From Macrostomum lignano (Eukaryota), in NCBI GenBank assembly GCA_002269645.1, contig NIVC01001127.1:1-53696 (forward strand): a DNA stretch of 53,696 nucleotides, written 5' to 3'. Each line of letters starts with the position of its first letter. The stretch's first letter is position 1. Positions 45,920 through 53,696 of the stretch are shown piece by piece. The notes beneath the pieces were generated by a model, which saw only the letters and a program-made list of their open reading frames with translations, had not been told where the DNA came from and ran no database searches. The position numbers and the translations under genes were made by a program.

Positions 45920-48900
45920 TCTCCCCCCTTCGAATCGCAACGGGGGCACGCCTCGATTCGCTCGGAGGTTGTAGCTCGGTCTCTGAGCCGTAGTCGCCTT
46001 GTCAGTTCCGGCTATGCTCTCCGCTAAGCGGTCGTGGCGACCGGGCTCGGGGGTACTCGGGACTGAGCTCGCCGCCGGCTTGTTCTCCGCCTGCTCTGAC
46101 GTGGCCGAGACCGGAGTCCGTCGCTGCCGGGCGTCACCGTTGGAAGGTCGGTGGGCTTCGCCGCCCCCTCGGAGCTGAGGTCGCCGTTCAGGTTGGTTGT
46201 CGCAGTCGCGCCGCCTTCATTGTTGTCAGGCTCGTGTCGCCGAAGTTGGTCCAGGTGGGCGAGTGTGGCTCTGTTGCCCTGTCGCATGATCAGCGCCGTG
46301 TTGGATCCCTTCAGCGCTAGGAATTCTGCCTTCTCCGGGATCGCGCCTTTCCTTGGGGCGTACCACACCTCGGACCGGATTGCTGTTCTCATGGTGATGG
46401 GGTTCCGCAGGTGCCTGCCCATCAGCTGCGCTGGACTGAACTCTCTTCCGGCATGCGGCACGCATCGGTAGTTTAGCAGAATCCGCGCCAGGAACGCGTC
46501 GTACGACTCCTACTGGTCCCAGCCCGCCGAAGCCACCTTGATCGTCTGCACCATGCGCTCAGCCAGGCCGTTCGACTGGGGGTGGTATGGCGGAGTTTTC
46601 ACAGCGCGGCAGCCAATTCTGCTCAGCCAACTCACCAGCCCTTCATCATGAAATTCAGCAGCATTGTCACTCACCAGGGTTCGTGGAACTCCATTGCGGG
46701 TGAAGACCTCCTGGAGGACCTTCCTGACGGTCGCGGCGCTCTTGTCCGGCACTCGGATGGCCTCCGGCCAGGCGGACATGGCGTCAACCAGGACCAGCAG
46801 GAGCCCGACCTTTGGGACGTGAGCGTGGTCCATGTGGACGCGTCCCCAGGGTTCAGAGTCGGCCGGCCATTGATGGACGCTGCTGTGGCCGCTTTGGCGT
46901 TGCTTGGCGCAGGTGTGGCAGGCACGGACGAATCCTTCCACGTCGCTGCAGTAGCCCGGCCACCAGACGGAGTTGCGGACCAGCGCTCGTGTGCTCGAGG
47001 CACCGGGGTGCACCCCGCTGTGCACCAACTCCAGGACGCGGCTTCGTAAAGACTAGGGAATGACTGGCCGGTCTCCGTAGCACACTACCGAGTCTATTGT
47101 AAGCGCGTGACGAATTGCCTTGAAGGGCCGCTCTGCAGGGGAGCAGCCCGACCAGCCATTTCCGGCTATCCTGCGCATGACATCTGCTAGCAGCCTGTCA
47201 CGTTTTGTCTCCTCTGCTAGCTCATTCCAACCAATTACGCTTTCATCAGCCCAATGCACCAGGTGTTGGTGGTGAGTCGCAGCTTCAGACTGATCTTCCG
47301 GAACATCGGCAAAGTCGAGGCGGGAAAGCGCATCGGCGTGCGGAATTTGGGCTCCTCGGACGTACTCAAAGTCGAACCCCATGAGGCGGATGGCCCAGCG
47401 CAGGAGTCGAGCGTTGGCGACCTTGGGGAGTTGTTGTCTTGTTCCGAACAAGAACTCTAGAGGGCGGTGGTCCGTTCGCAGTGTGAAACGCTTGCCTAGA
47501 AGGAATTGTCGAGCCCTCCATCGCCCAAACAATCGCCAGAGCCTCTCGCTCGATGTTGGAATAGCGCGCCTCCGCCTGTGTCAATCGCCGGCTGAAGTAG
47601 ATGACGGGGTGCCCTTCCTGCGTGAGCACGGCGGCCGCCGCCTTTTCACTGCCGTCTGTCGTTAGCGTTGTCTCTTTGGCTCGGTCGTAAGGCTGAATGA
47701 TCGGGCCGGAGCTCAGCAGCTTCTTCAGCTGGTGGAAGGCCGCTTCTTGCGCAGCTCCCCACACAAACTCCGCTCCCTTCTTGCGCAGCTGGTTCAAAGG
47801 CTCGACAACGTGCGCATAGTTGTTGACAAACCTTCCGAAGAAATTGCAGAGACCAAGGAACGACTCTAACTGGCGACGGTCGCGTGGCGCGGAGATCTCC
47901 ATGATTTTGCTGACCAGGCCGGGGTCCGGCGAGATTCCGTCTGCGCTGATTCTGTAGCCCAGGAACTTGACTGTCTTGGCCCCCAGGTTGGATTTGGCGA
48001 GATTTATATTCATGCCGGCCGCCTGTAGGGTCTTGATTACTTCATCAACTTTGGCCTTGAGACTCTCGGCAGATTGACCTCCGATAAGGATGTTGTCTTG
48101 ATAGATGACCTTGCCGCTTACGTCCTCGAGGGTGGTCTCCATTGCCTTTTGAAAGATGGCGGATGCTGATTTAAGGCCAGGCACTAGTCGGGTGTAGCGG
48201 AACAGCCCTAACGGAGTTTCAATCGTGGTGACCTCCCTGCTCTTCTCCTCGAGCTCGATCTGTAAGTAGGCGTCAGATAGGTCGAGAGTGGCAAAGTCAG
48301 TCATTCCGGCAACGTCCGAGAAGATCGTTTCGACGGTTGGCATGGGGTAGGTGTCTCCGCACACCTGATGGTTGACCCCCGCCTTGTAGTCTGCGCAAAT
48401 TCTGACATTGCCATTAGGTTTTAAAACGCAGACGATCGGGGACGCCCACTCGCTGCCACCTTCCGTCACCGGCTCGAGGATGCCCTCATTTACGAGACGC
48501 TTTAGCTCCTGATTGACGCGGTCACGCAGGTGCAGCGGCACTGCTCTGGCTGCGCAGTAGAAAGGCTTGGCACCCTCAATCAGCTTGATCCTGGCCTGGA
48601 AACCCTTCAGACAATCGAGGTGTTGAACAACGGAACATTGAGCACTGGCTGCCTGGCCTTCGGGTTCCGATCAAATTGTCAAGACCCAGCAGTCCATGTG
48701 ACTTGCGCGCTGCTGTGACCACCAAGTCGACTGTGCGGAACTTTTCTTGGTCATCCCACGTGGCAGTGAACTCTCCCAGGGTTCTTATGATCGATCCGTC
48801 GGACTTTTTTTAGAATTCGTCTGGATTTCCTCAGTGCTGGGCATCCAAGTGCCTCCCAGTGGCCCCGTGGAATGAGACTCACATCAGCGCCCGTGTCTAC

Positions 48901-50169
48901 CTGCATTTGCAGTTCCTTGCCGTTGATTTTGACCTGCCGGAAGATGCCGTTCCGCTCTCTGCGTTCCGGTCTGATGACGAAGACGTTGGCGGTGTCTCGC
49001 TCCATCTCGGCGCCTTCGTTCTCCTCCCAGGTCTCCAAATGCACGGTGCGGGACCTGCATACGGCTGCGAAGTGGTTTTTCCTGTTGCAGGCGGTGCACC
49101 GCTTGCCGAACGCGGGGCATGCGCCTTGCTGGTGCGAACCGCCGCAATATTGGCACTTCGTCTTGCTGATGTTCCTCGGCGGTCTGGTGTCCGGCGCTGG
49201 CTGTGGGGGCGTGCCGTGCCGCCCTGCATAGGCGATGCTGGCCTCGGTGTTGGCAGCGGCCCCGGTGCTGGCGTTGTAGCAGCGGATTTGCTCAAGTTGC
49301 TCAAGTGTTTGCAGCACCTCGTTTAGCAGCATGTCTGTAGCTTGCATTCTCTCCAACAGTCTATGCTTGTGGTCCACAGAGGCGAGTCCGTCCACGAGCT
49401 GCATGGTGATGAGCTCGTCCTCGCTTGACTGTTTCGTCCCGAGCTTCTCAAAGCTGCACGTAGCCGCTGCTGCACGGAGTCGACGGTAGTAGGAGGCGAC
49501 ACTTTCGCTTGGGTCCTGCCTGAGAGCGAGGAATTTCGCTCGTTCGGCAATGTCGAGGCGCTTTTTGGACCGGATTGTCTCCTTGATGATGTCTCGGATT
49601 TGTGCAAATGTTTTTTTCCAGGCTGTCCGGGGCAGCCATGAGGGACAGCGGTCTCAGTGCCTTGAGACCTGCCCTGGCGAGGAATAGATCGGTGATCTGC
49701 CGATCTTCTGTGTCCGTCAGTTTCTTGGTTCGTGCGGCAGCCGCAAAGCTGAGCAGCCAGGCTTCGGCTGTGTCTGGGTCATCCAAGTTTAGTTCGAAGT
49801 TGTTTGCTTGCGACGCCATTGTCAAGTCGCTCCCAGTAAACGATGACAAGGCTGCCCGTGGGCTTGGTTGAGTCAAGTGCGAAGTTGTATAGTTGAGCGA
49901 AATATTGCTAAATTAGAGAGTTACGAGGTGGTAGGTGGCGAGACCAATATATAGGCTTAAAAGACAAACAAGTAAGTGGCTTAAAACTCAGAATCGATCA
50001 CTACTGAATATTATCATGTCAAGGGGGAGAGAGAGAAAGTACACAGAGCAGCGCACACCGGGGTAGGCCGGTTTGGCTAGTTAGGCTGGTTGGCTAGTTA
50101 GAGTTACACATTATTGAGCTCAGGTGAGTCAGGTGCAGTGCAGTATATCAAAACACGCCCGGCACCTCA
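45920..50169 (-). mobile_element. Defective Ty3/Gypsy LTR retrotransposon (gag-PR-RT-RH-IN order)
   Basis: Gag with CCHC knuckles, protease VDTGA, RT with YQDN, RNase H DGS/EREALA, integrase HHCC plus D,D35E. PPT AAGGGGGGAGA at 45930-45920; LTR-like segment starting TG at 50169. Confidence 0.93.
46024..49819 (-). pseudogene. Frameshifted gag-pol polyprotein
   Basis: Fragments 49448-49876, 48751-49404, 47366-48541, 47053-47532, 46510-47028 and 46024-46461 lie in different frames. The RT YxDD motif reads YQDN. Confidence 0.9.
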
Positions 50170-50460
50170 GAGATATCCACAATATTACCCATTGAGATAT
50201 CCACAATATTATCCATCGATATATCCACTATATTATGCATCAAGATATCAAGATATGATTCATCAAGATATCCACAATATTATCCACTGAGATATCCACA
50301 ATATCATCAATCAACATATCCACAATATTACCCATTGAGATATCCACAATATTATCCATCAACATATCCACAATATTACCCATTGAGATATCCACAATAT
50401 TTTCAGCTGAGATATTAACTATTTTATCTTAATCTACCGAGATATCTACAATATCGTCCA
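50170..50460. repeat. 24-bp satellite, right part
   Basis: Same units as 45095-45919, decaying outward. Confidence 0.95.
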
Positions 50461-52664
50461 CGAAAACATCCATCATTTCTTCGACAATATTTTGCGATAA
50501 AGATTGCTTTTATAATTATGATTTTTCGCTCAGATATAGTCCATCTTCTCTTTGTCTGTTATTGCGTTATCCGTTAAACTACATTCAAGTGAATTTCCAA
50601 GTATTTATGCAAAAAATGCAATAATTATGATATTGATGGCTTCCTTAATTTGAGATCAATTTAAGAGCTTTGCCTTAGAAATAAAGTCTTTCACCTGAAT
50701 AGCAGGTATCAGGGCAGGGAACTAACCAGAAAAAGTACACCTAAGCAACTGCTAAAACGAACTAAAACGACTAAAACGATTTAGTCGCTCTAGTAAGATC
50801 TAATGCTATTTATAATTGAGTCGGAGATTATTTCTACGCACTTGACTAGAACACTTTTCCGTACTATTTTCATGCTCGTTATGAACTGCATGCGATAAAT
50901 TTAGTTATATGCGTGAACATCAATCAGGCGCGGCCAGCTATAGGTACTGCGCACATTATTCATGTTATAGCGAGTCGGGCTTTTTCGGTTGTATTTCCGT
51001 TTTTATTCCGTTCACTTCTTCTAGAAGATTTGCTAGCTGCGTATGGTAAATTATAGTAAATAATAATATTATGTTTAGTAAGAGATTAAAATTCAAAATT
51101 GATAGTATAGAAACGGTTGAGTTTTTGGTTAGTACATTGTGTAGAGTAAACAAAAACAGAACGAGTTGTTCGACTAAAATAGAAATTAAACAGTCGTTAT
51201 CGTTAAGAGTAACGAAAAACGGTGCCATTAAAATGTCATTTAAATTACACCAGAAGCGCCAAATTCTTTCCAAAACAAGACGTTTTTCTTTTTTTAGCGT
51301 TTTAGGCTTCTTGGAGGTCACGTGATTGGCGGTTTCGTTCCGTAGGCTTGCTAGTATAAATGACTGCGGGTGATTCCCAAGGTCGTCAGTCACATGGCAT
51401 GGATTTTCCCTTTCTTTCCTAAATGATTTTATTGCAATACGGCTTCAACATGACCTTGAAGACAGACATCTAAGCGATCACGTGATAATCAAAGTCAATT
51501 AAGAGCTACAAAATGGAAGTCTTGGGGATCGTGGTTTATGCTTCTGAAAGCAACTATCTAATACAAGTAATTGTTATAGTCCCTTTTTTGTAAAGAAATT
51601 TTTGCCAAACTATTTACACAAACTACTAATTTAGACAACTAAAAAGCTGGTGCCTTTTCTAAATGTATTCAATACATTACAATGCGAATCGCAAATAAAT
51701 GAGATCATTTTTCATAAATAGTCGACAAAAGTATAGTTAGAGACAGAGACTACAGAAAAAGTTAGTGAGGGAAACACTTAATTTATCGAAAAGGTATATC
51801 AAATTGCATGAAGTTCGTTAGATTGAAGAGTAAGTTAGGGCGAGAATGTACACGAGATATGAATTTTATAATTGATTCATGCATATTAATAACTGGATGC
51901 ATAAGAGAGACAAAAATCAATTACAAACGTCATGTTCTACGACACACTATATAAGTGCAAGAGCTAGGTGCAATTACAATTTTTTGCTCATTATCATATT
52001 ATAATGAGCTCATTAGTAAACGTATTTTTATGCGTGTGACGGCATGAGACTAGGCAGCTTTCGCTCACAACATTTAAGAATGTTTCGGTCGGGTGGGTAA
52101 TTGAAAACAGTTCGTTCGGAAAATTGAAAATCATATGGACAATTTTAGTAGGAGGGCGCTTCTAAAATGCTGCAAGTTTACAGACACTTGTCAAATAAAT
52201 TTAGTCTATCAGTCACTTGTCAAACGTCTAGGCATGCAGCAAGTGTTCGTCCTTCTACTTAAGTTGTCCGTATTGAAAATTTGGTTAATAAAAATTAGAC
52301 TTTTCGGTTATACTGGTTAGGCTACTTTTTATAATCTAAGAAGTATTTTTTTACAGTTTCGAATTGTTTATAAAATATTCCAAGGGGTGGAGTTATTTTT
52401 TTACATCGGATGTTGCAGCCTGCAGAGCGCCTTGACAGAAAAAAATAATATTCGTGAAAACAAACAGACAAATTTTGTAATGCAACGGTTGGAGTCACAA
52501 AGGGGATGAGGTAAAAGAGCGTTTTCTAAAGCTTGTTGTTTTGGTAAACTGAAATACGAACGAACGACGAACTGGGGGTGCTGCTACTTGGATAACTGGC
52601 TCCCTCCGACGTGATCCAAGTTATAATTAAAACCTGCTTCTCCATCAACACCATGCAGACTCTG

Positions 52665-53219
52665 TCAGTTGCAGATCTGCACCACCTTCTGCGTGACGCA
52701 CTGCTGGCAGTGGATCTTGCAGCACCACTCGAACTTGCACTTGCACTTGTGAGTCTCCTTGATCAGCCTGGACACGTAGCCTCTCTGACAGCAGAGCTTT
52801 GAGCAGCTGGTGTGCGGGTCCTCTGGGTTGAGGTAGCACTGCCGATTTCTGGTGCCTTCGATGCCCAGCGTGTGGTTGGGCCGGCAGAAGTCTGGCGAAT
52901 CGGCGATGTACACCAGCTCGCTGCGGAGTGGGCGTCGGCGTCGTCGCTGGCGTTGGCGGCGTTGGCGTCGCTGACGGCGGCGTCGGTTGCGCGACTGCGA
53001 ATTTCTATTAGCAGCGGTGCTGTTCCGGCCTTTGCGCGGCGGCGCAGTCGAAGGCCGAAGCCTCTGGTGGCGAGTTTCACTTTGGCGGCCTGATCGTACA
53101 GGCGAGAAGGCGCTGGCGATCAGCTTGAACGGCAGCAGCTGCTGCCAGCAGGTCTTCAGCGAGCAGGAGCCGCTGACGCGTGGCATTTGCAGTCAACTAT
53201 GGCGCTTTGGAACACACAT
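52665..53219 (-). CDS. wnt5: Wnt ligand, final coding exon (Wnt5-like), with apparent single-base deletions
   Basis: CKCH(G)VSGSCSLKTCWQQL, ELVYIADSPDFC, LCCQRGY and CKCKFEWCC..C..C..IC. Acceptor at 53220-53221, stop at 52665. The subfamily call rests on SLKTCWxQL, YDxAA and LVYI and is tentative. Confidence 0.9.
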
Positions 53220-53289
53220 CTGCGAGGCGAGGTGCGGTAGGGCGCAGTCTGGCAATTCGCCGTTGCTTAAGTCTCACCACCCTTCGGAC

Positions 53290-53696
53290 TTGTCTCACCC
53301 TCCTGTCTCCCCTCTCCTGTCTCTCCCTCCTCTGTCTCACCCTCCTGTCTCCCCCTCTGCCGTCTCCCCCCTTGTCTACCTCTCTCTCCTGTCTCCCTCT
53401 CTCCTGTCTCTCCCTCTCCTGTCTCCTCTCCCTCTCTCCCTCTCTCCTGTCTCCCTCTCTCCTGTCTCCCTCTCTCCTGTCTCCCTCTCTCCTGTCTCCC
53501 TCTCCTGTCTCCCTCTCTCCTGTCTCCCTCTCTCCTGTCTCCCCCTCTCCCGTCTCCCCCTCTCCTGCCCCCCTCTTCTATCCCCCCTCTCATATCTCCC
53601 CTCTCTTGTCTCCCCCTCTCCCATCTCCCCTCTCTCCGTCTCCCCTCTTGCTACTCTCTCTCCTGTCTCACTCTCTCCTGTCTCCCCTCTTCCAGT
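53290..53696. repeat. Pyrimidine-rich ~15-bp minisatellite (tctccctctctcctg) in Wnt intron
   Basis: Directly visible to the end of the window. Confidence 0.93.

Noticed and set aside
44966-46027. MDNIVDIS and YPQY repeat ORFs
   Set aside because: The 24-bp satellite is a multiple of 3, so it stays open by chance. There are no splice or start context signals.
50965-51393. 142-aa minus-strand ORF
   Set aside because: It has a GTG start, AT-rich composition, no recognisable motif or splice support, and an overlapping opposite-strand ORF of similar quality.

Overview
Eukaryotic animal genomic DNA with spliced genes, minisatellite-filled introns and nested transposons. This pattern resembles the flatworm Macrostomum lignano, but that is an inference. 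Hand-splicing supports five host genes: an orphan coiled-coil gene (-, 4100-8620), an ARM-TIR-SAM-like gene (-, 10982-16002), a signal-peptide/Ig-like, probably GPI-anchored gene (-, 17648-26723), pelota (+, 39409-43075) and the last exon of a Wnt5-like gene (-, 52665-53219, with single-base deletions). Mobile DNA includes two tRNA-derived CORE-like SINEs, an RTE-like LINE fragment, an intact Tc1/IS630-type element with unusual DD30E spacing plus a related internally deleted element, a Crypton-like fragment, a non-autonomous CACTA-like element, MITEs, a decayed hAT with an 8-bp TSD, and a defective Gypsy element inside a 24-bp satellite that lacks its 3' LTR. Most long ORFs in the supplied track are repeat artefacts. 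The best leads are the CCATAGAC/Crypton motif network, the DD30E transposase, the TIR protein with its putative catalytic Glu, and intronic arrays made of splice-acceptor mimics. All splice models and alignments were done by eye, and no database searches were run.
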